Source: Candidatus Heimdallarchaeota archaeon
GTDB lineage: Archaea; Asgardarchaeota; Heimdallarchaeia; Heimdallarchaeales; Heimdallarchaeaceae
Assembly (NCBI GenBank): GCA_019057375.1
Contig: DXJF01000050.1
Span: 72,895-136,894 of the forward strand
DNA length: 64,000 nucleotides
Reading direction: 5' to 3'
Shown: positions 20,052 through 29,833 of the stretch, one piece after another
How positions within the stretch are numbered: the stretch's first letter is position 1
How the letters are laid out: every line of letters begins with the position of its first letter
Notes under the pieces: model-generated
Seen by the model: the letters and a program-made list of their open reading frames with translations, nothing else
Databases searched by the model: none
What the model was told of the DNA's origin: nothing
Made by a program: the position numbers and the translations under genes

Positions 20052-21365
20052 TTATCTAATCAAGCTGTGACATTTTCTTTTCCTGATTATAAAAACCACA
20101 ACATAGAAATTTACTAATCCAGTAAAGATCAAAATACTGAAGCTTGTTTTCTCTGTAGGAATCTCTAGTAATGAAGTAAAATCATATACAACATCATCTA
20201 AACTAACACTTGTTCGGTTCAAGACAGTAATTACAGAAGATTCATTGTTGAACATTGGTGCTTCACAATGATATAGAGTTGAAGTTGAAACATATTTCTC
20301 TTCATGATGTTCATGACCATAAAGCATAACTTCTATATTGTAGCTTGCTCTTAGATTTGAAGCATGATTCTTGTAGTCTGAATGATAAAATAGTACATTC
20401 GGTTTTTCCTCTTCAGTTGATAAAATATCCACTACACTATCAAGATCAGATACACTTAAACCTCCATTAGTACAAGTGTATCCAATAAATGACCAATCTA
20501 GAAAATTAAAATTCATATAGTTCTCTCCAAAGTAATTCTTCCAAACAACTGCTGGGTTATCAGGAAGGAGAGATGAAGAATCCAAATCGTGATTTCCCCC
20601 AATAATGTAAATAGGTAGATTAAGTAAATCAAACACCCATAAACTTAGCTTTACTTGCACTTCAGCAGCCAAGGGTTTTCCTGTTATAGGATTAACATAT
20701 TCTGAAGCTGGTGCTCCTTCTATTAAATCTCCAGTGAAGATTGCAAAATCTACATCAAGACTCTTTATTGAATCTATATAATTTAAAACTATATCAGTTG
20801 TGTTCATTCCTGCAAACGAAGGAATATGTGAATCAGAAATATGGAGAATATTAAACGGATATGACTTCTGCACTACTATTTTAACTGAATTTGTTTGATA
20901 ATCATCACCAATACTGCAATTCAATTGTAAATCGTATAATCCAGCAATATTCTCTGAAGGATTAACCTCAAAATACCAAAGAGCATCAATCTCATCATAT
21001 GTTGATTCTAAGATATCAAGAGTAATATTTGCTCCGGACGAAACTAATGAAAACTGCCAACCAACTGTATCTGAATCAGCTTGAGCTGTGATTGATATGT
21101 TTTGACTATAATCGATAATTGCAGGGAAACCTTTGTGGGGAGATCGAATTATTGAAAGAGGTCTAGCTACAAGGTGATATCGAGGAAAACTGGTTTCATT
21201 GAAATATTCTGTTGGAGAGGTAGCATTAATACTTGTTAGAACGGGATTATTGGTTGGGTTATCTAGAAATATTAAACCATTTATAGTTTGAGATTGAGAT
21301 ACAAATAAGCTTGAAAATAAAATAATAATTGTCAATAAAAACCAAAGTCTAGATTTTATTTGCAT
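20052..21365 (-). CDS. Secreted, membrane-anchored metallophosphoesterase
   Basis: Signal peptide; HISDSH, FTGDL, GGNHD, YGHEH calcineurin-like motifs; C-terminal TM followed by RKRK. Confidence 0.85.
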   Translation of the reverse strand: MQIKSRLWFLLTIIILFSSLFVSQSQTINGLIFLDNPTNNPVLTSINATSPTEYFNETSFPRYHLVARPLSIIRSPHKGFPAIIDYSQNISITAQADSDTVGWQFSLVSSGANITLDILESTYDEIDALWYFEVNPSENIAGLYDLQLNCSIGDDYQTNSVKIVVQKSYPFNILHISDSHIPSFAGMNTTDIVLNYIDSIKSLDVDFAIFTGDLIEGAPASEYVNPITGKPLAAEVQVKLSLWVFDLLNLPIYIIGGNHDLDSSSLLPDNPAVVWKNYFGENYMNFNFLDWSFIGYTCTNGGLSVSDLDSVVDILSTEEEKPNVLFYHSDYKNHASNLRASYNIEVMLYGHEHHEEKYVSTSTLYHCEAPMFNNESSVITVLNRTSVSLDDVVYDFTSLLEIPTEKTSFSILIFTGLVNFYVVVFIIRKRKCHSLIR

Positions 21366-21441
21366 AATTATTTCATTATTCTAAATAGAAATAAATCTTA
21401 CTGTGATTTTACGAATATATTTATGGATTCTACAAAACAAC

Positions 21442-22056
21442 TTATAAAGGATCTTCAGGAAACTTTCCAAAACTTAAACACAAGTCCCAGAGCAAGTTTT
21501 GAGCTTGAGGGTTCAGATAATCATATGGAGAAACATGTTCTCTTACTCCAATAAACTTGTAGAAGCTGATAGTCCAATGAATATGTGGAAATTCAGCGCT
21601 AAGAACAGGAATCAAGAAACCAAGAGACTGATTTACTTCAACCCTATCACCTTTTTTTACAGTTATTGCAGCTAATTGATCATCTATCACAGATTCTTCA
21701 GTCGTCCATGGTTCAAAAGCAATGAACATTGTCCATTTCATATTTATTTTGATGTTTACATCTATTAACCAATAACCATTTGACATCCTAAACTTCTTCA
21801 CATCTGTAACTTTGCCTGAAATTGGTGTAAATATTTCAGTATCATTATCAAGTTTAAAATCAAAACCAATGTGTAATTGAGTAGACATATTATCATGAAA
21901 AACTTGAACACCAGTAACATCTTCTAAATTATGAACAGGTAAAGAAAATTCAGGTGTTTCTGCTAGTGTAAAAGCAATAGCAAAACCAGCTGAAATACCA
22001 CCAGCAAGAATAATTGTTGATATGAATATGAAAAAGATTAGTTTGATTTTTTTCAT
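21442..22056 (-). CDS. M23-family (LytM-like) zinc peptidase with N-terminal membrane anchor
   Basis: HIGFD (HxxxD), TPISGKV, VKKGDRVEVNQSLG, PHIHW (HxH). Confidence 0.72.
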   Translation of the reverse strand: MKKIKLIFFIFISTIILAGGISAGFAIAFTLAETPEFSLPVHNLEDVTGVQVFHDNMSTQLHIGFDFKLDNDTEIFTPISGKVTDVKKFRMSNGYWLIDVNIKINMKWTMFIAFEPWTTEESVIDDQLAAITVKKGDRVEVNQSLGFLIPVLSAEFPHIHWTISFYKFIGVREHVSPYDYLNPQAQNLLWDLCLSFGKFPEDPL

Positions 22057-22174
22057 TGCATCTATTTTAAGGAAAAGATAATTATAGTTTTCTAAAGTTT
22101 CTGAAGGTTTGCAACAATGTTTATCATCACTTCCTTTTGTACCATTGTACTTGAACTGCAGTAGAAGTGGTCAG

Positions 22175-22476
22175 ATGGAGAAGAAAAATAAAATAAAACA
22201 GTGTATCAAAAAGTGTTTGCTGGTTTTCTGTGGACAATTCAATATATTGTCTCCATAAGAAGATCAATCAAAATTGCATTTTTAATGATTATATCTGGTA
22301 TAATTTCTATTACAATGATTATTGGAACTATATTTGGTTCTCTGGTTTGGACATCAGGTCTAGCTACGGTGGCTTGGGGTTTTATAGCTATCATTTCAGG
22401 ATTAACTTGCATAATTACAACTACTATGTTTGTTAGAGCAATTAAAAAAGAAAGAGAAGTCGTAACTAATCTATGA
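22175..22476 (+). pseudogene. Small 2-TM membrane protein, probably frameshifted near its 5' end (alternatively GTG start at 22201)
   Basis: ATG at 22175 behind GAAGTGG; adding one A to the run at 22195-22198 joins MEKKNKIK to TVYQKVFAG... Confidence 0.5.
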
Positions 22477-22477
22477 G

Positions 22478-23371
22478 TCATAATTTCTTTGTAAGTATAT
22501 CGTAGGAAGCTGATTTCTCAAATCCAACAGCCATGAAATCTTCTGCTTCTTCTTTCTCAACTGGTGTTTCAGGATTAAGATAAACAGCTACTTGTTTGAA
22601 ACCTGCTTCATTAATTTTTGTTAAGAGATCAGAGATTATGTGTTTTTTGAGTTCAGAACTTTTACCTATAAGGAGTGAAATCGTCGCAATTCCCTCATTT
22701 TGAGTTGAAGTTGCTGCACCATAAGCTAAAATCTCACCATCTTTCTTAATTACTCTATAACCAAGTAAATTTTCATTTTCTGCTATTCTTTTGACATAGT
22801 TTTCTAAATTATCTCCAGCAAGATTTGGATAAGTTTCACCAAGCTGATTTTTAACTTGTTCAACATCAGTTTCATGGTTATAATCAGCAATAGAATTTTC
22901 TGTTTTAAAGTGTTTAACATCTGATGGGTCACAAAGATAAATTTCAGTAACTGTTCTAGTTTTGGAAAATCCTAGTTTTTCTGCTATTTCATAATAATTA
23001 TCATTAAGTATAGTTTGGGGAGTTTCTATTTCAGTAACTTCCTTTTGTTTAAGAACCTCAACTAGTTGGTCAAACAACAGGTTAAAAGCTCCCTCATGTC
23101 CTGGAAGAACAAAAGCTAAACGAGTCTGAGCTCTTTTGATTTTTTCTTCCTCAACATCAACAATATTAGCCCCAATGTAACCAACCATTTCGTCTCCTTT
23201 GAAACAATATAATCTTGTTTCAGGATCGAATGTTTCTCTAGAATAAACTTCCTTTACTTGTTCAACTGAAGATTGGCCATAAGCAATCCATTTTTGAGCA
23301 AAGTGATTACCGATTTCTACCTGCTTTTCTATGAATGATTCATTATAAGGTTTAATTGTATAATCTGTCAT
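22478..23371 (-). CDS. GNAT-fold acetyltransferase (tandem domains)
   Basis: FKGDEMVGYIG, LGFSK and VGFEK motif-B segments; about 300 aa two-domain length. Confidence 0.7.
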   Translation of the reverse strand: MTDYTIKPYNESFIEKQVEIGNHFAQKWIAYGQSSVEQVKEVYSRETFDPETRLYCFKGDEMVGYIGANIVDVEEEKIKRAQTRLAFVLPGHEGAFNLLFDQLVEVLKQKEVTEIETPQTILNDNYYEIAEKLGFSKTRTVTEIYLCDPSDVKHFKTENSIADYNHETDVEQVKNQLGETYPNLAGDNLENYVKRIAENENLLGYRVIKKDGEILAYGAATSTQNEGIATISLLIGKSSELKKHIISDLLTKINEAGFKQVAVYLNPETPVEKEEAEDFMAVGFEKSASYDILTKKL

Positions 23372-23448
23372 AGCAAGCGATTCAGTTAAGACACTTATAA
23401 TAGTTACCAGTTATTATAAAAAAAGCATATTAGAATAACACTCACTTA

Positions 23449-25422
23449 CTAGATTTTTATTGAGAAAAGCTTTTTTGAAACTTCTACCTCTCTTGAAATT
23501 GTTTTGGTTAAGCTAGTTTTCTTAATATCTTCAACTGTATCTTCGAGCTTAACAATTGACATTCTATGAGAGAGTGGTGAGGATATTTGTTCTAATTTCT
23601 TTAGATATATAGATTGTTTAGTTAAGTCTTCCTGCTGCTTTAGTAGATCTAGGACTAATCTATCCAACCCATTCTCTTGTGCTATATTTAGTGCTTTGAA
23701 TAGAAGGGTTCTAGCACTTTCTACATCAAATTCAAGAAGTGCCAATTGTGCTTTTAATCTCAGTGTTTCAACTAGTAGTACATGAGATTTGTTCTTTTCA
23801 GATAATTCCTGAAGTTTGTTAACTTGTTTGTATATTTTCTTTAATACCTCGGGCTCATTAGTTTCTTTCATCTCAAGTAGAAGAATATCACATAGATATA
23901 GCAAAACTTGAATTAATACGGGATAGAGAATGTCTTCTTCAACTAATTGCTCAAATAACAATTCTGCTTTAATTCTATCCCGTAAATTTGAACTTGTTTT
24001 TAGAATTAAAGCTTCTGAATATTTATGATATTGACTGACATGTTTATTTTTTATTTCTTTATTAATCAAATCTAAAGATTCGAAGTATTTTTCAGCTTTT
24101 TCTATGTTGTGTAATTCTACATTAAACTGGATTAAATATGACAGACTAGCTGCTACAAGAGCTTTGTTACCCGTTTTTTGTCTTATCTCTAAGCTTTCTT
24201 GAATGAAGGATAAAGCCTGTTCTTTCATTCCTTTTTGCCAGTAAATCTTTCCTTGCTCTGAGAGTACAGATGAAATACCAAGTAGATTCTGTAAGCCTTT
24301 ATGTATTGTCATCAATTGATTTAAGTATTCCAGTGCTTTATCTAACTCTCCTTTTTGAATATAAACATCAGCAAAACCAGAAAGAATTTCATACCAGCCT
24401 TGAGGTTGGTTTTCTTTTAAAACAGGATAAGCCTTGTCATAAAATTCTAGTGTTTTATCAAAATCTCCCTTCAAGAAGTAGACATAACCACAATTATGCT
24501 GTGTAGAAGCAATAGCATTCTCATTGTTTAGTGCTTGATAAGTTTCGAGACCACGATTGTAATTATATAATGCTTCATCATATTCCCCAATTACTAAATA
24601 ATAGTGACCTATGTTGTTGTAAGTATTAGCTATCATACCATCAATTTCTAATTCTTCTGCAATAACCAATCTCTCTTTACTCAATTCATAAAACTTTTTA
24701 TAATCATTTTTCTGGTAGTAAGACCGAGCTAGAAAATCTAAACTATGAGCAATAGCTAATTTATTCTTAGCTCCTTTACATATATCGACTATTTTTTGAC
24801 TTATTTCTAAAGCTGAATCTAGTTCTCCTCGATTTGTCAGAATAAATCCTATATTCGTAAGAATAGATAGTTGATAAATCGACAGATTATTTTTCTCACA
24901 AAATTTCTCCCCTTCAATTAATATCTGAAAACCTTCTTCTTGTTCTTCTTCTGTAGCGCTCTTTCCAGAATAAATTCTTAGTAATGGGATTATTCCTTTA
25001 AAATTAAAAATCATAGCTTTACGTTTTAAATAATCTAAATCCTTGCTAGGTTCAAGTTCATCAAACATTGGTATGATTTCATCATGTAATTTTTGTAATT
25101 CTTGCCATTCATTTAAGTGAAAATAACTTAATTGTAAGTTTAGAAGTGAATCAAATTTCAGATTCTTATCTTTAATATCTCTGCTTTCTCGTATTACTTC
25201 CTGAGCTAATTTCATTCCGTAGTCAAAAGAGCTATGTTCATAACCTAAATTTGTAAGAGCAATGACTATTTGGCTTTTAAGTATTTTAGCTTTTATTCTT
25301 TCTTCTATTGTAATTTCATCTTTTTTCAACAATTCATCTAGTTCATCAATTGAATTTAGAAAATCTCCCCTTATGAAGTCTTGCAGAATTCTTTCTAACT
25401 CTTTTTGAATGGGAGTGACCAT
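23449..25422 (-). CDS. Tetratricopeptide-repeat protein
   Basis: Multiple TPRs (ANTYNNIGHYYLVIGEYDEALYNY, HNCGYVYFLKGDFDKTLEFY). Confidence 0.9.
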   Translation of the reverse strand: MVTPIQKELERILQDFIRGDFLNSIDELDELLKKDEITIEERIKAKILKSQIVIALTNLGYEHSSFDYGMKLAQEVIRESRDIKDKNLKFDSLLNLQLSYFHLNEWQELQKLHDEIIPMFDELEPSKDLDYLKRKAMIFNFKGIIPLLRIYSGKSATEEEQEEGFQILIEGEKFCEKNNLSIYQLSILTNIGFILTNRGELDSALEISQKIVDICKGAKNKLAIAHSLDFLARSYYQKNDYKKFYELSKERLVIAEELEIDGMIANTYNNIGHYYLVIGEYDEALYNYNRGLETYQALNNENAIASTQHNCGYVYFLKGDFDKTLEFYDKAYPVLKENQPQGWYEILSGFADVYIQKGELDKALEYLNQLMTIHKGLQNLLGISSVLSEQGKIYWQKGMKEQALSFIQESLEIRQKTGNKALVAASLSYLIQFNVELHNIEKAEKYFESLDLINKEIKNKHVSQYHKYSEALILKTSSNLRDRIKAELLFEQLVEEDILYPVLIQVLLYLCDILLLEMKETNEPEVLKKIYKQVNKLQELSEKNKSHVLLVETLRLKAQLALLEFDVESARTLLFKALNIAQENGLDRLVLDLLKQQEDLTKQSIYLKKLEQISSPLSHRMSIVKLEDTVEDIKKTSLTKTISREVEVSKKLFSIKI

Positions 25423-25590
25423 ACAATCACCAATATAAAGAAATTAAACAAAACTAGGTTAAAACTTTTGCTTCCAAGAAAATTAAGATAAATACTACGA
25501 ATACGAATAACAGCTGAACTTATTTGTTAGGTTGCAAGTAACATTATAAAAAGAACTTAAACATCACACAATAGGGAATAAGAGGTTAAA

Positions 25591-26928
25591 ATGAGCGATG
25601 TAATAGTTGATAAAAATGCAACCTCAAAGATTTCTCTTGGTATTATAGCTAATAAAAGGAAATATAAGCTAGATAATGCTGCAGAAGGCTTTAGCTTAAT
25701 GTCCAGTAGAAAGATTCCATGTGTTTTTAAAATAGCTTGTACCTTGAAGGAAAAGGTAGATGTAAAGAAACTCCATAAAGCTCTAGCTAACATTCTTCCT
25801 CGTTTTCCTTATTTTAGAGTTAGTATAAAGAAAGGATTCATATGGGGAAAATGGATTACTAATTTATCAATTCCTGAAATTATGCCTGTAGGACAATATA
25901 CTAACCAATATATTCCAATAGGAAGAAAGAAACTCCTCTATAGAATATTAGTCAACCAAAATAGAATCGCTATAGAGTGTCATCATAGTTTGACAGATGG
26001 TCATGGGGGGTTAATTTTTCTAAATTCACTAATAGCTGAATATTTCAATATAAAGAAAACAGAAATCGATAATTGGGAAAATATTTTCAATTCCAAAAAA
26101 GAACCTGATTTTCAAGAATTTGAAAATGCTTTTGATCAGCATTATAAGAGAAAAGTGAAGAGAAAATCAACAAGATTTGGAAAAAAAAGCTTCAATATAC
26201 CATTTAAGACAGAGCCTCCAGGAGTAATTCATACCTCTAAAGTAACAGTTTCTGTGAAAGAGGTCAAACAAAAAGCCAAAGAGTTTAATGTTTCAATAAC
26301 TGGATTTCTATCTGCTCTTTATATGGATTCTTTGAAAACAATACAAGAAGATATCTGCAAAAACAAAACTCGAAGAATGAAACCTATCCGTCTGAATGTT
26401 CCTGTGAACTTAAGAAGAGTTTTGCCTTCAATAACAATGAGAAATTTCACTTTATGTGTAACACCAAATATTGATCCAAAAAAGAAACAACTTACTTTAA
26501 AAGAAATTGTTTTACAAGTTAATGATTGTTTAAAGAATAAGATTATACCAGAAACATTTTATCAAATGATTGCACGAAATACCAGAAGCTTGAGTTCACC
26601 AATAATGCAAATTGCACCTTTTCAGGTAAAGAGATTCTTCGCAAGAAAAGGATATTATTTCTTTAGAACGCCATATTATGGTGGCATTCTTACAAATCTT
26701 GGTCAAATTACTTTGCCAAAAAGCTTAACTGATCGAATAGATAATTATGATATTGTAATAGGTCCAGGTCCTGTAAACAAGGTAAGAGTTGGAGTAGCAA
26801 GTTTTGAAAACAAATTAATTCTTACATTCAGCAGGGTGATAAAGGAACCGATTTTAGCTGAAGTTTTCTGCAAGAAACTAGGAGAACAAAATGTAGATTT
26901 CAATCTTGAACCATACAAGATTTCTTGA
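25591..26928 (+). CDS. Alcohol acetyltransferase / condensation-domain (CAT-fold) acyltransferase
   Basis: HHSLTDG (HHxxxDG) catalytic motif, VPVNLR, LTNLG. Confidence 0.82.
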   Translation: MSDVIVDKNATSKISLGIIANKRKYKLDNAAEGFSLMSSRKIPCVFKIACTLKEKVDVKKLHKALANILPRFPYFRVSIKKGFIWGKWITNLSIPEIMPVGQYTNQYIPIGRKKLLYRILVNQNRIAIECHHSLTDGHGGLIFLNSLIAEYFNIKKTEIDNWENIFNSKKEPDFQEFENAFDQHYKRKVKRKSTRFGKKSFNIPFKTEPPGVIHTSKVTVSVKEVKQKAKEFNVSITGFLSALYMDSLKTIQEDICKNKTRRMKPIRLNVPVNLRRVLPSITMRNFTLCVTPNIDPKKKQLTLKEIVLQVNDCLKNKIIPETFYQMIARNTRSLSSPIMQIAPFQVKRFFARKGYYFFRTPYYGGILTNLGQITLPKSLTDRIDNYDIVIGPGPVNKVRVGVASFENKLILTFSRVIKEPILAEVFCKKLGEQNVDFNLEPYKIS

Positions 26929-26959
26929 AAGCTGTATACAGCTGTTAAAATTAAAAAAA

Positions 26960-27232
26960 TTAGAAAAATAAACCCCTGTGCAAAAGAAAATTGCATAGTG
27001 CTCTATTTTTTTCCAATTTAAGATCTTTCTTAATACGAAAATTATCGTAATTGCTAATATCCTTTTGAGAATATGAAGAGATTTCAGAGTTATACAGATT
27101 TTCTGCCAAATGTTCTTTTATAGGGAAAGTTGATTTTTCTTCAGTAGAGTCAAGTTTCAAGAAGTTCTTCAGAGAATTATATTCCTTTAGTAATTCATTT
27201 TTCAGATTTTCTTTCTTGGTTATTACCGTCAT
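26960..27232 (-). CDS. Small hypothetical protein
   Basis: 90-aa ORF with ATG start filling the gap; helical, charged. Confidence 0.5.
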   Translation of the reverse strand: MTVITKKENLKNELLKEYNSLKNFLKLDSTEEKSTFPIKEHLAENLYNSEISSYSQKDISNYDNFRIKKDLKLEKNRALCNFLLHRGLFF

Positions 27233-27405
27233 GAGCTATACGGATTGCTTTGCTATTATATGCTCTAGTCGAAGAATATGAGTATTCTAGAATTCTAGTA
27301 AAACTGAATTCATGAATATCTTCTAATTGTCATCTACTATGATAGACAGATTCACTTATTTCTAAAAACTGATAAATTTATAATAAACATCAATGAGTAT
27401 TATCC

Positions 27406-28070
27406 ATGAAAGATGTTCTAAAGAGTATAAGAGAGATTGAAGAGAACATTGAAGAAGTTCTGAACAAGTATGAGATAAAAGAGGAAAATGAAAGAGCATT
27501 GGAAGAGTATAAGAAATTAGAAAAAGATTTAACTTCCTTATCAATAAATGATTCAGAACAAGAATGCTTCAAAGAATATAACCGAGTTTTAGCTTATTTA
27601 TACATGAGAGAGGGCAATATTTTAAGGATTTTAGGAAATGCTGAAGAAGCTATTAAAGTGCAAAAATTAGAAATAGAAGCTGCACGGAACTCAGAAGATG
27701 AAATTACTCTCGCTAGATCATTATTTTCATCAGCTGTTCAGAATATCTCCTCAGGAAATATAAAAGAGGGAACTCTTCTACTTGAAGAAGCTTTACAGGA
27801 GTTCAATAAAGGAAATTCTACTGATCATAAGCAGGGAGCTGGATGGATTTGGATAATTCGAGCTGACATTATGAACGCAGAAATAATCGAAGCAAATCAT
27901 GAAGAGATAGTAGAAACCTGTAATAAAGCCATAGAGTTACTAAACCTATAAATAATTGGCAAGGACTAGTTAGAGCATATCAAGCTAGAGCTACAACTCA
28001 TAGAAAAAACAATCTTCAAGATTTAGCTGAAAAAGATGAAAGAAAAGCTGAAAGCTTCAAACCTGAATAA
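27406..28070 (+). pseudogene. TPR-like helical protein with a frameshift at about 27942-27944
   Basis: ORF stops at 27951, but the -1 frame continues KPINNWQGLVRAYQARATTHRKNNLQDLAEKDERKAESFKPE to TAA at 28068-28070, completing a TPR-like helix pair. Confidence 0.72.
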
Positions 28071-28374
28071 GAAAGGAATTACTTGAAATACTTGAATCCC
28101 ATAATAAATCACAAGGATGATAGAAGCACACTCTTCTTCTGATTCTGTAATCTTTATTTATAATCAATAAATGAATCTCTTCTTTCCTCTGCTGTTTTTC
28201 CCCACTTCTCTAACTATGAAAAGTAGAAGAAGTGAGGGGTATAGTTTCTGAAGAGAAACTCAAACTGAATGTGTAGCACAATTTGGTTTAACTACAAAAT
28301 TTGTCATAGAAAAACCTTTAATATAACACAAAGAAGACGGTGCTTTAGACTCTTATCTTTATTAGGTGAAAATT

Positions 28375-29745
28375 ATGAGTGAAAAACAACTTACAAAAGA
28401 AGAATTATTAGCAAAGGCTGAAAAACCTGCAAAAGACGCTTTGATACTTCATCCTTTCTATGAAGGAAAGATTCAAATTGTACCTAAATGCAGTATTTGG
28501 GATTTTTCAGCCTTTGGAGTTTGGTATACTCCTGGAGTAGCAGCAAGCTGTAGAGCTATCGCAGATGATCCAGCTGAATCATTCAGACAAACTAATCGTG
28601 CTAATACAATCGCAGTAGTAAGCGATGGAACTCGTGTTCTCGGACTTGGTGATATCGGTCCAGCGGCTGGACAACCGGTCATGGAAGGAAAAGCATTGCT
28701 CTTCAAATACCTTGGAGGCGTTGATGCTGTCCCATTAAGCATTGGAATGACCAATGAAAGACCAAGTGCTGATGAAATAATTAATTTTGTAAAATTAATT
28801 CAACCTTCATTTGGAGGTATCAATCTTGAAGATATTTCTAAACCAAAATGCTACAAAGTTCTTGAGACTTTAAGAAATGATCCAGAAATAACAATACCTG
28901 TTTGGCATGACGACGCTCAAGGAACTGCCTCTGTTGTCACAGCTGGTGTTATTGGAGCAGCTAAACACGTTGGTAAGGAACTTGATCAAATCAAAGTTGC
29001 TATGTTGGGTGTTGGTTCCGCTAACACTCGGACTGCTTACGTCCTAGAATCTGCGGGTGTTCCTCACAAGAATATTATTATGGCGGACTCAAAGGGTATC
29101 TTAACCAAAGACCGTCCTGATATTATTGAACAAAAAGACTATGATACTTTCAAGTATGATTTAGCCCAAAAGACTAATTCTGAAGGTATAACTGGAGATT
29201 TTGGCGAAGCAATGAAAGGTGCTGATGTCATGATTTCAGCTTCCAAATCTGAACCTGGAACAGTTAAATCTGAATGGATTTCTACTATGGCATCTGACAG
29301 TATTGTGTTTGCTTGCGCTAATCCGCTTCCAGAGATTTATCCTTGGGATGCAAAGGAAGCTGGTGCTAGAGTTATTGGAACAGGTCGCAGTGATTTCGAT
29401 AACCAGATCAATAATAGTCTTGGTTTTCCAGGTATTTTCAGAGGTACTCTTGATGTTAACGCTTCTACCATTACTGATGAGATGTGTGTCGCAGCTGCTC
29501 AAGCTATTGCAGATATAGCCATTAAGAAAGGCTTACGCGATGATTACATTATCCCAACTATGGATGATTGGGAAATCTTCCCTTACGTAGCATCTAAAGT
29601 AGGTATGAAAGCTATTGAACAAGGTGTTGCTCGTAAAGTATTTGAGGAAGAGGAACTCTATAAAATGGCTCAAGAAAGAATCAAGTATGCTCGTAACCTT
29701 ACTAAGAGTATGATGGAAACTGGTTTTATTAAACCTAAAATCTGA
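28375..29745 (+). CDS. NAD(P)-dependent malic enzyme (short form, no PTA domain)
   Basis: [64 protein letters not shown]; SD GGTGA before ATG at 28375. Confidence 0.95.
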   Translation: MSEKQLTKEELLAKAEKPAKDALILHPFYEGKIQIVPKCSIWDFSAFGVWYTPGVAASCRAIADDPAESFRQTNRANTIAVVSDGTRVLGLGDIGPAAGQPVMEGKALLFKYLGGVDAVPLSIGMTNERPSADEIINFVKLIQPSFGGINLEDISKPKCYKVLETLRNDPEITIPVWHDDAQGTASVVTAGVIGAAKHVGKELDQIKVAMLGVGSANTRTAYVLESAGVPHKNIIMADSKGILTKDRPDIIEQKDYDTFKYDLAQKTNSEGITGDFGEAMKGADVMISASKSEPGTVKSEWISTMASDSIVFACANPLPEIYPWDAKEAGARVIGTGRSDFDNQINNSLGFPGIFRGTLDVNASTITDEMCVAAAQAIADIAIKKGLRDDYIIPTMDDWEIFPYVASKVGMKAIEQGVARKVFEEEELYKMAQERIKYARNLTKSMMETGFIKPKI

Positions 29746-29748
29746 AAC

Positions 29749-29793
29749 TTTTTTTCTTTTCTTTCTTTTTATTTCCTTTCCTTTAGCCTTTTT
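29749..29793 (+). terminator. Oligo-T archaeal terminator after the malic enzyme gene
   Basis: Long T/C tract immediately after the stop codon. Confidence 0.55.
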
Positions 29794-29833
29794 CAAAGAA
29801 CTTATATTGGAATTTCGGTATATTCTTACTTGA

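Noticed and set aside
28071-28306. Minus-strand ATG ACA AAT TTT GTA GTT AAA CCA (MTNFVVKP), resembling the GNAT N-terminus MTDYTIKP
   Set aside because: Stops after 15 codons, downstream frames are not recognisable, and it overlaps the malic enzyme promoter
28473-29518. Shadow ORFs overlapping the malic enzyme gene (28473-28754, 29236-29502, 29303-29518)
   Set aside because: Antisense or alternative frames of a strongly conserved gene, with no motifs
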